Below, piece by piece: positions 27,377 to 37,941 of a stretch of DNA of 64,000 nucleotides. Under the pieces are notes generated by a model. It was not told the DNA's origin. It saw nothing but the letters and a program-made list of their open reading frames with translations, and made no database searches. Both the position numbers and the translations under genes were made by a program. Source of the stretch: a bacterium (GTDB lineage: Bacteria; Patescibacteriota; Minisyncoccia; Moranbacterales; UBA2206); contig JAJYKZ010000002.1 in assembly GCA_021788105.1 (NCBI GenBank), forward strand, positions 3,320 through 67,319, written 5' to 3'. How positions within the stretch are numbered: the stretch's first letter is position 1; every line of letters begins with the position of its first letter.

Positions 27377-28537
27377 ATGGCAAGGATCGGAATTGATATC
27401 AGGTGTCTGGCGGAAGGCCGAAGGACGGGAGTGGAGGAATATACGCTTAATCTTTTGGCCCATCTTTTTGAAATCGACAAGGAGAACGAATATGTTCTTT
27501 TTTTTAATTCGTTTCGCTCTTCCAAAACGGATTTTTCTTGGTTGAAAAAATATTCCAATGCGTCCTTGAAGAAATTCAGTTTTCCCAACAAACTTTTAAA
27601 TTTCTTGTTTTGGTATCTGGATTGGCCGAAAATCGACAGGATGATCGGCGGCGCCGACATAATTTTTATGCCTAACATCATTTTTGGAAGCGTCAGCCGG
27701 AAAACAAAATTAATTTTGACAATTCACGATCTTTCATTCGAACGTTATCCGGAAACTTTTTCCCGAAAAAGAAGGCTTTGGCACATATTTATCAACACCA
27801 GAAAAATTTGCCGGCGGGCCGACCGGATTATTGCCGTTTCAGATTCGACTAAAAACGACCTGGAATCGCTTTATAAGATTCCATCCGAAAAAATCCAAAC
27901 GATCCATAGCGGGATATCGGATAAATTTAGAATCATCGACCGGAATGACGAAAAGCTCATTAAAGTTAAGGAAAAATACAATCTGCCGTACAAATTTATT
28001 TTATATTTGGGCACGATTGAACCGCGAAAGAATATTGTCGGAATAATCAAAGCTTTCGACCAGCTTCAAAAATTTGCCGAAAAGAATAATTTGGAGGAAA
28101 TTTCCAAATATAAATTGGTGATTGCCGGATCGAAAGGTTGGATGCCGAAAAAAATATTTTCTGAAATTGAAAAAAGCGCCTGCCGGGATAAAATAATCAG
28201 AGCCAGTTTTATTGCAGACGAAGACAAGGAATATGTTTTTAATCTTGCCTCGCTTTTCGTCTATCCGTCTTTTTTTGAAGGCTTCGGTTTTCCGTCTCTG
28301 GAAGCGATGCGCTGCGGCGTGCCAGTCATCGTTTCCAATAATTCTTCTCTTCCGGAAGTGGTTGGAAGAGCGGGAATCCTGATTGATCCGGACAAGCCCG
28401 GTGAAATTTATGCGGCGATGAAAGAAATTATTTCAAACAGGGAACTGAAAGAAAAGTTAGTTGCCGAAGGCTTGAAACAGGCTGAAAAATTCAATTGGAA
28501 AAAAACGGCGGAAGAGTTTCTCGAGGTTTTAAAATAA
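27377..28537 (+). CDS. Glycosyltransferase family 4
   Basis: EGFGFPSLEAMRCGVPVIVSNNSSLPEVVG is the GT4 catalytic region. Confidence 0.8.
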   Translation: MARIGIDIRCLAEGRRTGVEEYTLNLLAHLFEIDKENEYVLFFNSFRSSKTDFSWLKKYSNASLKKFSFPNKLLNFLFWYLDWPKIDRMIGGADIIFMPNIIFGSVSRKTKLILTIHDLSFERYPETFSRKRRLWHIFINTRKICRRADRIIAVSDSTKNDLESLYKIPSEKIQTIHSGISDKFRIIDRNDEKLIKVKEKYNLPYKFILYLGTIEPRKNIVGIIKAFDQLQKFAEKNNLEEISKYKLVIAGSKGWMPKKIFSEIEKSACRDKIIRASFIADEDKEYVFNLASLFVYPSFFEGFGFPSLEAMRCGVPVIVSNNSSLPEVVGRAGILIDPDKPGEIYAAMKEIISNRELKEKLVAEGLKQAEKFNWKKTAEEFLEVLK

Positions 28538-28543
28538 AAAACG

Positions 28544-28583
28544 ATATTCCGGCACACTTCATAAAGCCGGAATATATTTTTAA
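28544..28583 (+). terminator. Rho-independent terminator (atattccggc-loop-gccggaatat + T-run)
   Basis: 10-bp inverted repeat followed by ATTTTTAAT. Confidence 0.55.
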
Positions 28584-28679
28584 TGCGGGGTTCTGCATTT
28601 TTTATTTTTTTTTAAGGCTTTTTTTGTTTGTCGATTTCAGATATAATTAAACCAAGGTTGTATTATATTTAAGTTTAAT

Positions 28680-29813
28680 ATGCGCATTGGCATCGACGCC
28701 CGTTTTTTCGGAGTCAGAAGAAAAGGATTGGGGCGTTATACTCAAAAATTAATCGAGAATTTGGAAAAGATTGATTCCGACAATCAGTATTTTATTTTTC
28801 TTCAGCGGGTCAATTACGAAGAATACGAACCGAAAAATCCGAATTTCATCAAGATTTTGGCCGACTTTCGCTGGTATTCTTTGAAAGAGCAATTTGAATT
28901 TCCCGGACTTTTGAACAAATACAAGCTGGACCTCGTGCATTTTCCGCATTTCAATGTTCCTATTTTTTATTTCCGCAAATTTATCGTGACAATCCACGAT
29001 TTGATTCTGATCTATTTTCCGACTCGCCGGAGTTCTACTCTTCACCCGATAATTTATTGGTTTAAATTTCTAATGTACCGATTGGTCATCAGATCAGCCA
29101 TCTTGCGCTCCAAACATTTAATAACTGTTTCGAATTTCACCAAAGACGATATTTTAAAAAACTACAAATCGGTTTTACCAACAAAAATCACGGTAACCTA
29201 CGAAGCCTGTGAAGATTTCTGCATGCTCAGCCCCAATAAGGATGAAGAAATATTGTCGCGATATGGTATAATGAAGCCGTATATAATGTATGTCGGAAAT
29301 GCCTATCCGCACAAAAACTTAGAGCGGCTGGCGCATGCGTTCGACCGATTGCGAAAAAGTCCGGGAAGGGAAGAAATGAAGCTGGTCTTTGTAGGCAAAG
29401 AAGATTATTTTTACGTCCGGCTCAGAAAAATGGTCGAAGACGAGCACATCGGAAATGTCATCTTTACCGGTTATGTTCCCGATCACGATCTGGATATTTT
29501 TTTCCATAATGTTTCGGTCTATGTCTGGCCGTCTTTATATGAAGGCTTCGGGCTTTCGCCGCTGGAAGCGATGGCAAAAGGCGCGCCGGTCGTTTCTTCC
29601 GATCATCCGTGCATGCGCGAGATCCTTGAAGACAGCGCCTATTATTTCGACGCCAAAGATCCGGAAGTAATGGCCCGGTCGATCGAAAAAGTCTTGGCTG
29701 ACGAAAATTTGCGCGCCGAACTGGTAAAGAAAGGCTACCAGCAGATCAAAAAATACAGCTGGAAAAGAATGGCCGAGCAAACCTTGGAAGTTTACAAAAA
29801 ATTCAAAAACTGA
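28680..29813 (+). CDS. Glycosyltransferase family 4
   Basis: EGFGLSPLEAMAKGAPVVSSDHPCMREIL. Confidence 0.8.
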   Translation: MRIGIDARFFGVRRKGLGRYTQKLIENLEKIDSDNQYFIFLQRVNYEEYEPKNPNFIKILADFRWYSLKEQFEFPGLLNKYKLDLVHFPHFNVPIFYFRKFIVTIHDLILIYFPTRRSSTLHPIIYWFKFLMYRLVIRSAILRSKHLITVSNFTKDDILKNYKSVLPTKITVTYEACEDFCMLSPNKDEEILSRYGIMKPYIMYVGNAYPHKNLERLAHAFDRLRKSPGREEMKLVFVGKEDYFYVRLRKMVEDEHIGNVIFTGYVPDHDLDIFFHNVSVYVWPSLYEGFGLSPLEAMAKGAPVVSSDHPCMREILEDSAYYFDAKDPEVMARSIEKVLADENLRAELVKKGYQQIKKYSWKRMAEQTLEVYKKFKN

Positions 29814-29860
29814 TTGGAAATCCGAATAACTCCGCGCCTTCCGAAAAAATCAAAGACAAA

Positions 29861-32353
29861 ATGACAATGGAAAATAAAAAGAAAAACAAAATCATTCCCC
29901 AGATGTTCGATGTGCGGCCGGTTACGGAAACCGGCGATTTGGATTTGGAGAAAATAAAAAATATTGAAAAAATTCTGAAACTCGAACGGCAAAAAAATGA
30001 GGAGAAAAAAAACAGCTTGTCCGGCGCCGGTGTTTATGACATAAAAATTCCGGATACTATCGATAGGGAAATTGCGAGGTTCCAAAAAATGGTGCCGGAA
30101 GAAAAAGTCAAAGTGCATCAATTGGACAGAACATTCGAAAACGAAAATGTTCCGATAATGTACGAAGTGGAAAAAGAATTTCCTATAGCCGCGCGCGTCG
30201 AACATCATTTTGAAAAAAATACCGAAGGTGAAATATTTTGGAATTCGAGATATTTGGAAAATCAGAAAAAAAAGCCGGAAGAAGAAATACAGACCAAGCG
30301 GAACAAAAAAGAAAAAATCAAAAAAATTCAGCGCGAAAAGAAAAAAAGACGGAAGCGGGAGTTTACGGCGCGCAATTACAAAAAAATAATTCTTTCTTTT
30401 TCCGGCGCTTCATTGGTTGTTTTTGCCTCAGTCTTCGGTTTTGGTTTCGCCAAAAAAGGCTTAGCAATAAAAAATTCCGTGACCGGGCAGGGGCAGGCGG
30501 CCTATGTCGCGCTGGCGCAGGCCAAAGATAATATTTTAAATCAAAATTTCCAACAATCAATGACGGATTTCAGCGATGCTTACGGCAAGTTTAATGAAAT
30601 TTCGGGCGAAATAAACAGTTTGGGAGGGGTGCTGGTCAAGGTTTCGCAATATCTTCCGTTTTTATCAAAACTTTCCAGCGGGAACGCTTTGGCGCAAGCC
30701 GGAAAAGATGTTTCGCAAATGGGAATATTGGCCGGACAAGTGGCGCAGGAATTGGATAATCTTAAAAATCCTTTGCCGGGAACCGGCAATGGTTCGAATC
30801 CGGTTTCTCTTTTGAAAATTTTTCAGGAAATTGACGGCAATGCCAAACAGATCGATGCGCTTCTGAAAGATACGGAAAATAATTTGTCGCTGGTTAATGT
30901 GGATGATATTCCCGCCGACCAGCGCGACACCTTTGTTGCGCTAAAAGGAAAGCTTCCGGAGATTGAAACCTATGTCGACAGTTTTGTCAATAACAGCCAG
31001 ATTTTCACCGATGTGCTCGGCGGCAATGGTCCGAGGAAATATTTGTTTCTTTTTCAGAATAATCAGGAAATGAGGGCGACCGGAGGATTTATCGGCACTT
31101 ACGGCGAACTGGATATTTTCAACGGCAAGGTGGATAAATTTTTTATGGACGGCATCTACGATCCGGACGGCCAGCTGACTGAAAAAATAGTGCCGCCAGT
31201 TCCAATCCAAAAGATTAGCGCGGCTTGGAGCCTGCATGACAGCAATTGGTTTCCCAATTTTCCGACTTCGGCGGAAGAGGCGATGTCTTTTTATGAAAAA
31301 GACGGCGGTCCGACAGTGGACGGCGTGATCACGATGACGCCGGTCGTGATGCAGAAACTCCTGGCTGTTGCCGGACCGATCGATATGCCGGATTACGGAG
31401 TGACGGTTGATCAGAATAATTTTTACAGCCTGATCGAACAGGAAGTGCAAGTGGATTACAATAAAACCGAAAACAAACCGAAACAAATTTTATCCGACTT
31501 GGCGCCGAAAATTATGAATAAATTGTTCAGCGCCAAAGATTTTTCCACGCTTTCCAAAGTTGCCGAAGCCTTAGTGGAAAGTCTTAATGAAAAACAAATA
31601 CTTCTCTATTCGTCCAATTACGGCATCGAACAGAAAATTTCCCAAGCCGGCTGGTCGGGAGAAATTTTAAATGCGCCCAAAGATTATCTGAGCGTCATCA
31701 ATACGAATATCAACGGTTACAAAACAGACGGGGTAATTGATGAGACGATCGATCATAGCGCTGAAATCCAGCCGGACGGTTCGATTATTGATACTGTGAC
31801 GGTCACGCGGCACCATAATGGAGGCAACACGCCGTTTGATTGGTATAATAAAGTTAATGCCGATTATGTCCGCGTGTATGTGCCGCAGGGCTCGCAATTA
31901 ATCTCGGCCGAGGGGCAGACGCGGGAGTTTGATTCGCCTCCGCTGGATTATGACGCGCTGGGATTCAAGCGCGATCCGCAGGTTCAGATGGAAGAGGATT
32001 CCATGAAAATCGACGACGCGACCGGAACGCGGATTTATGACGAAGACAATAAAACCGTTTTTGCCAATTGGACGTATGTCAGCCCGCAAGAAACGGTTGT
32101 ACTAAAATACAAATATCTGCTACCATTCAAAATTGCAATGTCGGGCGCCAGCCCGGCGGACAATTATTCGCTGCTGGCCCAAAAACAATCTGGCAGCCTG
32201 GGCGATAAATTCACTTCCAAATTGTCGTTTCCTGAAAATTATAATGTCATTTGGAAATATCCGGACGACGCGGCGCAAGCGGGAAACTCCATTGAATTAA
32301 ACACCGATTTGGAGACAGATAAATTTCTCGGAGCAACATTTACTAAGAAATAG
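29861..32353 (+). CDS. DUF4012-domain protein (large, membrane-anchored; basic/charged N-terminal region)
   Basis: RKYLFLFQNNQEMRATGGFIGTYGELD matches, from memory, the DUF4012 signature. Single TM around residue 170. K/E-rich N-terminal 160 aa. Confidence 0.6.
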   Translation: MTMENKKKNKIIPQMFDVRPVTETGDLDLEKIKNIEKILKLERQKNEEKKNSLSGAGVYDIKIPDTIDREIARFQKMVPEEKVKVHQLDRTFENENVPIMYEVEKEFPIAARVEHHFEKNTEGEIFWNSRYLENQKKKPEEEIQTKRNKKEKIKKIQREKKKRRKREFTARNYKKIILSFSGASLVVFASVFGFGFAKKGLAIKNSVTGQGQAAYVALAQAKDNILNQNFQQSMTDFSDAYGKFNEISGEINSLGGVLVKVSQYLPFLSKLSSGNALAQAGKDVSQMGILAGQVAQELDNLKNPLPGTGNGSNPVSLLKIFQEIDGNAKQIDALLKDTENNLSLVNVDDIPADQRDTFVALKGKLPEIETYVDSFVNNSQIFTDVLGGNGPRKYLFLFQNNQEMRATGGFIGTYGELDIFNGKVDKFFMDGIYDPDGQLTEKIVPPVPIQKISAAWSLHDSNWFPNFPTSAEEAMSFYEKDGGPTVDGVITMTPVVMQKLLAVAGPIDMPDYGVTVDQNNFYSLIEQEVQVDYNKTENKPKQILSDLAPKIMNKLFSAKDFSTLSKVAEALVESLNEKQILLYSSNYGIEQKISQAGWSGEILNAPKDYLSVINTNINGYKTDGVIDETIDHSAEIQPDGSIIDTVTVTRHHNGGNTPFDWYNKVNADYVRVYVPQGSQLISAEGQTREFDSPPLDYDALGFKRDPQVQMEEDSMKIDDATGTRIYDEDNKTVFANWTYVSPQETVVLKYKYLLPFKIAMSGASPADNYSLLAQKQSGSLGDKFTSKLSFPENYNVIWKYPDDAAQAGNSIELNTDLETDKFLGATFTKK

Positions 32354-32362
32354 ACATTTTTT

Positions 32363-34012
32363 GTGATCAAAAAAATTTTAAAAGGCAAATTTCTCGCTTC
32401 CAAACCGTCGCAATCGGTAATCTCGGCCGCTTTCATCATTACGATGGCCGGTGTTGTCAGCAATGTGATGGGACTTTTTCGCGATCGCTTGCTGGCCTCC
32501 AGTTTCGGTGCGGGCGATACGCTGGATGTTTATTACGCCGCATTCCGAATTCCGGATTTGATTTATAATCTCCTGATTCTGGGTGCGTTGAGCGCGGCGT
32601 TTATTCCGGTTTTTACCGGACTCATCAGCAATGAAAAAGATGATGAAGCGTGGGAATTGGCCAGCGGCATAACTAATCTGGCTATTTTTTCAATCGTCAT
32701 ATTTTCAATTATTTTTGCGATTTTCGCGCCATTTTTAATGAAGCTGATAACACCCGGTTTTTCTCCGGAGAAAATGACGCGCGTCGTTCTTTTCACCCGT
32801 ATAATGTTTTTAAGTCCTTTGTTCCTGGGATTCAGCGGAATTATGGGCGGCATCCTGACTTCGTTTAAGAATTTTTTGATCTATTCGATCGCCCCTCTTC
32901 TTTATAATCTGGGAATTATTATCGGAATCTTGGTTTTTGTGAAATTTATGGGTCCGGCCGGACTGGCTTGGGGCGTAGTGTTTGGCGCGTTTATGCATAT
33001 GGCGCTTCAATATTTGGCGGCGCGCAATCTGGGTTTCAAGCATCACTGGGGACTTTGGGAGTATTGGAAAAATCACGACGTCAAAAAAGTGATGACATTG
33101 ATGCTTCCGCGAATGACCGGCATCGCAATCAGTCAGTTTAATCTAATGGTCATAACAGTATTTGCTTCGACATTGGCGGCTGGAAGTTTGGCGATTTTTA
33201 ATTTTTCCCAAAATCTGCAGAGCGTTCCGCTTTCTCTTTTTGGAATATCTTTCGCGCTGGCCGTATTTCCGACTCTTTCTGCGTACGCCGCTCGCAACGA
33301 ACATGAAAAATATATCAAAAGTTTTTCGGAGACGTTCCGCCAAATTATGTTTTTTGTGATTCCGGCGAGCGTTGTTATGCTGGTGCTGCGGGCGCAAATT
33401 GTGCGCGTAGTGCTGGGTGCCGGGAAATTCGATTGGAATGATACGATTCTGACTTTCCAATCGCTGGGAATTTTTGCAATCAGTCTTTTTGCGCAGAGCA
33501 TCGTGCCGCTTCTAACTCGTTCGTTTTATGCCATTCATGATACCAAGACGCCTTTTTACATTGCGATCGCGACTGAAGCGGTGAACATCGGAACAGTTTT
33601 GCTTCTTATTCATCGTTATCAAGTCTTGGGTTTGGCAGTCGCTTTTTCGGCGGCCAGCGTTTTCCAAATGTTGGTGCTTCTTTTTTTCCTGCGAATGCGT
33701 TTTGAAAATTTGGACGATCGAAACATAATAAAATCTGTTGTAAAAATTTCTATTGCCTCCTTCGCGGCCGGTCTTGTCATTCAGATTGCGAAAAATTTCA
33801 CCGGTTCTTGGTTTAATCTTAACAAATTTGTCGGAGTATTTTCCCAATTGGCAATTTCTTCTTTAGTCGGATTGTTAATTTTCATCGCGGCCTGCTATTT
33901 CTTGAAGCTGGAAGAATTTTTCGTTTTCAAAAATTCTCTGACCAAAAAACTTTTCAAAAACCGGCGGATGGCAGTCATTATCGAGAACACGGATGAAGTG
34001 AGCGGAATGTAA
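32363..34012 (+). CDS. murJ: Lipid II flippase MurJ (MviN)
   Basis: GTG start. LFRDRLLASSFGAGDTLDVYYAAFRIPDLIYNLLILGALSAAFIPVF is the classic MurJ N-terminal region. ~14 TM helices. Confidence 0.85.
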   Translation: MIKKILKGKFLASKPSQSVISAAFIITMAGVVSNVMGLFRDRLLASSFGAGDTLDVYYAAFRIPDLIYNLLILGALSAAFIPVFTGLISNEKDDEAWELASGITNLAIFSIVIFSIIFAIFAPFLMKLITPGFSPEKMTRVVLFTRIMFLSPLFLGFSGIMGGILTSFKNFLIYSIAPLLYNLGIIIGILVFVKFMGPAGLAWGVVFGAFMHMALQYLAARNLGFKHHWGLWEYWKNHDVKKVMTLMLPRMTGIAISQFNLMVITVFASTLAAGSLAIFNFSQNLQSVPLSLFGISFALAVFPTLSAYAARNEHEKYIKSFSETFRQIMFFVIPASVVMLVLRAQIVRVVLGAGKFDWNDTILTFQSLGIFAISLFAQSIVPLLTRSFYAIHDTKTPFYIAIATEAVNIGTVLLLIHRYQVLGLAVAFSAASVFQMLVLLFFLRMRFENLDDRNIIKSVVKISIASFAAGLVIQIAKNFTGSWFNLNKFVGVFSQLAISSLVGLLIFIAACYFLKLEEFFVFKNSLTKKLFKNRRMAVIIENTDEVSGM

Positions 34013-34078
34013 TTGGGATATGCGCCGTTTAATTTAGAGCTTGAAATTTCAAGCTTTTTATTATACAATTGAAAATAT

Positions 34079-35878
34079 ATGGACCAAAAAAACGTACGAA
34101 ATTTTTGCATCATCGCTCACATAGATCATGGAAAATCCACTTTGTCGGATCGGCTTTTGGAAGCGACAAAGACAGTGGAAATGCGAAAGATGAAAGAACA
34201 ATTGCTCGACCAAATGGATTTGGAACGCGAGCGCGGAATAACGATCAAATTGCAGCCGGTCCGAATGAAATATGTCCAAGCAGGTGTTGAATATATTCTG
34301 AACTTGATTGACACTCCCGGACACGTTGATTTTAATTACGAAGTTTCCCGGTCATTGGCGGCAGTGGAGGGCGCGGTGCTTTTGGTAGACGCGACCAAGG
34401 GCGTGCAGGCGCAAACGCTTTCCAATTTATATCTGGCGATCGAACAAGGTTTGGAGATTATTCCGGTCGTCAATAAAATCGATCTGCCCAATGCTGATGT
34501 TGCAAAAACCAAAAAAGAAATCATCCACATTCTCGGCTGCAAAGAAGAAGAAATTTTGGAAGTTTCAGGAAAGACCGGATTAGGCGTGGAAAAACTTTTG
34601 GAAAAAATTATTGAAATAATCCCTTCGCCGAAGGGAATGGCGGAAAGGCCTTTGCGGGCGCTTATTTTTGATTCCAAATACGATACCTACAAAGGCGTTG
34701 TTGCCTATGTCCGCATCGTTGACGGCGAAGTGAAGCGCGACGATAAAATTTCTATGATGGCGGTCGGATCGGAAAGCGGCGTGGTGGAAGTGGGATTTTT
34801 CAAACCCGATCTCCAGCCGGTTGAAAATTTAGCGGCGGGCGATATCGGCTATATAGCAACCGGTTTTAAAAGCGTAGGGGATTGCCGCGTGGGCGATACG
34901 GTTACTTCATCGAATCTAAAATCAGGGGTCGCAAGTCTTCCCGGTTACAAACAGGTCGTGCCGATGGTCTATGCTTCTTTTTATCCGATTGAAGGCGATG
35001 ATTATAACCTGATGCGCGATGCGTTGGATAAATTGAAACTTAACGATGCGGCTTTTACTTTCGAACCGGAAAGCAATGTGGCGCTGGGGCGCGGATTTCG
35101 TTGCGGATTTCTGGGAATGCTTCATCTGGAAATCATTCAATCGCGATTGGAGCGCGAATTCGATATTAGTCCGACCATCACGACGCCAAGCGTTGTTTAT
35201 GAAATTGAAATGCGCGGAAAGCCGGATAAGAAGCTGAAAATTTATTCTCCAACCGAAATGCCCGATCCGGCGATGATCGAAAAAATTTACGAACCATACG
35301 TTAAATTGGATATTATTTCTCCCAGCGCTTATTTGGGCTCGATTATGGAAGTGATGAAAAATACTCGAGCGGAATATTTAAACACGGAATATATCGATTC
35401 TGAGCGGATGATCTTGATTTTTAATTGCCCGCTGACCGATGTAATTACCAATTTGCACGATGATTTGAAAAGCGCTTCGTCCGGTTATGCTTCGATGAAT
35501 TATGAAATTAAAGATTACAAGCCCTACGATTTGGTAAAATTGGATATCATGGTAGCGGGAGAAAAAGTCGACGCTTTCGCGCGGATTGTTCCCAAAGAGA
35601 AGGCCTTTGGTGAGGGCAAAAGGACGGTGGAAAAATTGAAAGATTCCATTCCGCGCCAGAATTTCCAGATTGCGCTTCAGGCGGCGATCGGCGGAAAGGT
35701 GATTGCTCGCGAAACAATCAAGGCTTTCCGGAAAGATGTTACAAGCGGTTTGTACGGCGGCGATGTGACGCGGAAGCGAAAACTTTTGGAAAAACAGAAA
35801 AAAGGAAAGAAAAAAATGAAGAGCATCGGCCGAGTCGAAATTCCATCCGAAGCTTTTTTGGCGGTGTTGAAAAAATAA
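34079..35878 (+). CDS. lepA: Translation elongation factor 4 (LepA)
   Basis: NFCIIAHIDHGKSTLSDRLL, the G domain DTPGHVDF and NKIDL, plus the LepA-specific C-terminal region. Confidence 0.95.
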   Translation: MDQKNVRNFCIIAHIDHGKSTLSDRLLEATKTVEMRKMKEQLLDQMDLERERGITIKLQPVRMKYVQAGVEYILNLIDTPGHVDFNYEVSRSLAAVEGAVLLVDATKGVQAQTLSNLYLAIEQGLEIIPVVNKIDLPNADVAKTKKEIIHILGCKEEEILEVSGKTGLGVEKLLEKIIEIIPSPKGMAERPLRALIFDSKYDTYKGVVAYVRIVDGEVKRDDKISMMAVGSESGVVEVGFFKPDLQPVENLAAGDIGYIATGFKSVGDCRVGDTVTSSNLKSGVASLPGYKQVVPMVYASFYPIEGDDYNLMRDALDKLKLNDAAFTFEPESNVALGRGFRCGFLGMLHLEIIQSRLEREFDISPTITTPSVVYEIEMRGKPDKKLKIYSPTEMPDPAMIEKIYEPYVKLDIISPSAYLGSIMEVMKNTRAEYLNTEYIDSERMILIFNCPLTDVITNLHDDLKSASSGYASMNYEIKDYKPYDLVKLDIMVAGEKVDAFARIVPKEKAFGEGKRTVEKLKDSIPRQNFQIALQAAIGGKVIARETIKAFRKDVTSGLYGGDVTRKRKLLEKQKKGKKKMKSIGRVEIPSEAFLAVLKK

Positions 35879-35924
35879 TTTCAAATGAATTGTCTTTTCT
35901 TGTCATTTTTAGTAAAATAATATT

Positions 35925-36038
35925 ATGAGCATAAGCAAGCACAGAAAAAGAATGCACGTGATCTGGATTGTGATCACTGTCATCGGAGTTTTGGCAATGC
36001 TGGCCTTTACGTTGGCGCCGGCTTTTATGTACAGATAA
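35925..36038 (+). CDS. Small hydrophobic ORF (37 aa), possible small membrane protein
   Basis: MSISKHRKRMHVIWIVITVIGVLAMLAFTLAPAFMYR. Sits between lepA and ftsB-like. Below the track cutoff. Confidence 0.25.
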   Translation: MSISKHRKRMHVIWIVITVIGVLAMLAFTLAPAFMYR

Positions 36039-36054
36039 AAAAACGGCATTTAAA

Positions 36055-36480
36055 ATGCGGATAAAAACAAAAAACTTTTCGGCCGGCCGGCCGAAGAAAA
36101 AATCGATACTGGTAAAAATCGGCCTGGTCGCGGGAACGGTTGTTTTGGTCCTCATAATAATTTCCATCGCGAAAGAAATTTATCAAAAAAATCAAATTCA
36201 GAAACAAATCGACGAACTTCAACAGGAAGCGGAAAAAATCAACAAGAACAATTCTTCTCTCCAGGATAAAATCGCCTATTTAGGAAGCCAGGATTACCAG
36301 GAAAAAGAAGCCAAGGATACGCTTGATCTCCAGAGTCCCGGCGAGAACGTCGTTGTCGTCCAACCGAGCGCCGCCAAAGAAAGCCTTGATAATAATCCTG
36401 AAGCTGTTCCAAATATTCCGGCTCCGCAAGCCGCGGAAACATCCAATCCGGTCAAATGGTGGAATTATTTCTTTAAATAG
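36055..36480 (+). CDS. Septum formation initiator family protein (FtsB/DivIC-like)
   Basis: TM helix plus coiled coil, and the DKIAYLGSQDYQEKEAKDTLDLQSPGENVVVV signature. Confidence 0.65.
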   Translation: MRIKTKNFSAGRPKKKSILVKIGLVAGTVVLVLIIISIAKEIYQKNQIQKQIDELQQEAEKINKNNSSLQDKIAYLGSQDYQEKEAKDTLDLQSPGENVVVVQPSAAKESLDNNPEAVPNIPAPQAAETSNPVKWWNYFFK

Positions 36481-36502
36481 GGCCATAGAGCTTATTAAAA
36501 AA

Positions 36503-37588
36503 ATGGAAGAAAAAAAACACAACAACAAAAAATCGGAGCGCACGGGGGATGAAAGAAAAGTGAAGCTGTCCACGATAATTTATTCAATTTTGATTCTTAT
36601 CGCGGCCTATTTGATCGTTATCGCGATCTTGATTTACGGCTTCAAGATGGACAATAAAGTTATCCGCAAGACGTCGCAAATTATTCCTTATCCCGCGGCC
36701 CTCATCAATTACACGCGCGTGATTACCTATGATGAACTGAAAAGCGACTTGGATGCCATCAAACAATTTTACACCAGCCAGAATTTTTCCAGTTTGGGAC
36801 TGAAGGTGGATTTTAATTCGGTTGACGGCCAAAAGCGCTTGGAGGTAAAAGAAAAAGAACTTTTGAACAAATTGATCGAAAATAAAATTATCGAGATGCT
36901 GGCCAGGCAGCGGGGAATTAGCATAACTTCGGCGATGGTTGCCGCACAAGTGAACAATAAGATTGCCCAATATGGAAACAGCGACACCAACGTTCTGGAC
37001 AATTTAAAGCGGCTGTATGGATGGAATTTGAATGATTTTGAAAATCAGATCGTGAAGCCCGATCTTTATCGGGAAGCGCTGAGTCAAAAATTCCGCGACA
37101 CCGATCAAAGCTCAATCGCTGCCAAAAAGAAAATTGAAGCGGCGCAGGCAGCTTTGAAAAACGGCCAGAATTTCGGAGAAGTCGCCAAACAATATTCCGA
37201 AGGCGCCAGTGCCAAGAATGGCGGAGAGCTGGGTTGGTTCAGTGCGAATCAGATGCTTCCGGAAGTGGCAGCGGCCGCTTTCATTATGAACAAAGGCGGC
37301 ACGAGCGATGTGATTGAGAGTTCGATCGGATACCATATTATCAACATTGAAGATAAGCGGACGGAAAATGGCGCGGACCAGGTGAAAATTCGACAGATTT
37401 TTGTTCGGACCGAGAGTTTTTCCGATTGGTTGCTTGCCCAGGAAAAAAATGTTAAAATATTTATACCGCTTAAGGAATTTTATTGGGACAGTGGAACGGC
37501 GCAGGTGAAATTCCGGGATCAGCAAATGACTAATTTTGAAAATAATCTCAGCAAAAACTCTCCCGATGACGCCTCAATGCTGTTTTAA
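36503..37588 (+). CDS. Membrane-anchored PpiC-type (parvulin) peptidyl-prolyl isomerase, PrsA/SurA-like
   Basis: TM helix, a chaperone-like region, and the PpiC domain (GGELGWFSANQMLPEVAAAAF ... SSIGYHII). The internal start is chosen to avoid overlapping the upstream gene. Confidence 0.7.
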   Translation: MEEKKHNNKKSERTGDERKVKLSTIIYSILILIAAYLIVIAILIYGFKMDNKVIRKTSQIIPYPAALINYTRVITYDELKSDLDAIKQFYTSQNFSSLGLKVDFNSVDGQKRLEVKEKELLNKLIENKIIEMLARQRGISITSAMVAAQVNNKIAQYGNSDTNVLDNLKRLYGWNLNDFENQIVKPDLYREALSQKFRDTDQSSIAAKKKIEAAQAALKNGQNFGEVAKQYSEGASAKNGGELGWFSANQMLPEVAAAAFIMNKGGTSDVIESSIGYHIINIEDKRTENGADQVKIRQIFVRTESFSDWLLAQEKNVKIFIPLKEFYWDSGTAQVKFRDQQMTNFENNLSKNSPDDASMLF

Positions 37589-37633
37589 TTTTCGAAAGCA
37601 GGCAAATCTAATAATTAATTTCAAATAAAAAAT

Positions 37634-37816
37634 ATGTCAAAAGCGAGCGTTAATCATGATTTGTGCATCGGCTGTGGAACTTGCGAATCCATCTGCCCGA
37701 AAGTTTTTAAGGTTCAGGAAGATGGAAAATCCCATGTGATCGCGGAAGACTGCGGCGACTGCAATTGCCAAGAGGCGGTCGACAGCTGCCCGGTCAGCGC
37801 CATTTCTTTGGAATAA
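37634..37816 (+). CDS. Small single-cluster [4Fe-4S] ferredoxin
   Basis: CIGCGTCESICP ... CGDCNCQEAVDSCP in 60 aa. Confidence 0.75.
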   Translation: MSKASVNHDLCIGCGTCESICPKVFKVQEDGKSHVIAEDCGDCNCQEAVDSCPVSAISLE

Positions 37817-37941
37817 GCCCTTTCAAAGAGTGTAATAAAAACAAGTTTTACCAGTTATTCTTATAGGAAATACGCATTTCTTATATCCAAGTAACCTAAA
37901 GTAACTCTTGTTTTTTTGTTAGGCATGAGTTTCCGGAAAAT

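Noticed and set aside
30770-30800. tRNA-like T-loop sequence GGTTCGAATCC
   Set aside because: Flanking bases cannot form a T-stem or acceptor stem, and it sits inside the DUF4012 CDS (encodes GSNPV). Not a tRNA.
37820-37941. Possible structured RNA or terminator between the ferredoxin and htrA
   Set aside because: Only weak, AT-rich inverted repeats (caagagtta / taactcttg) without a convincing GC stem or conserved motif. Insufficient support.
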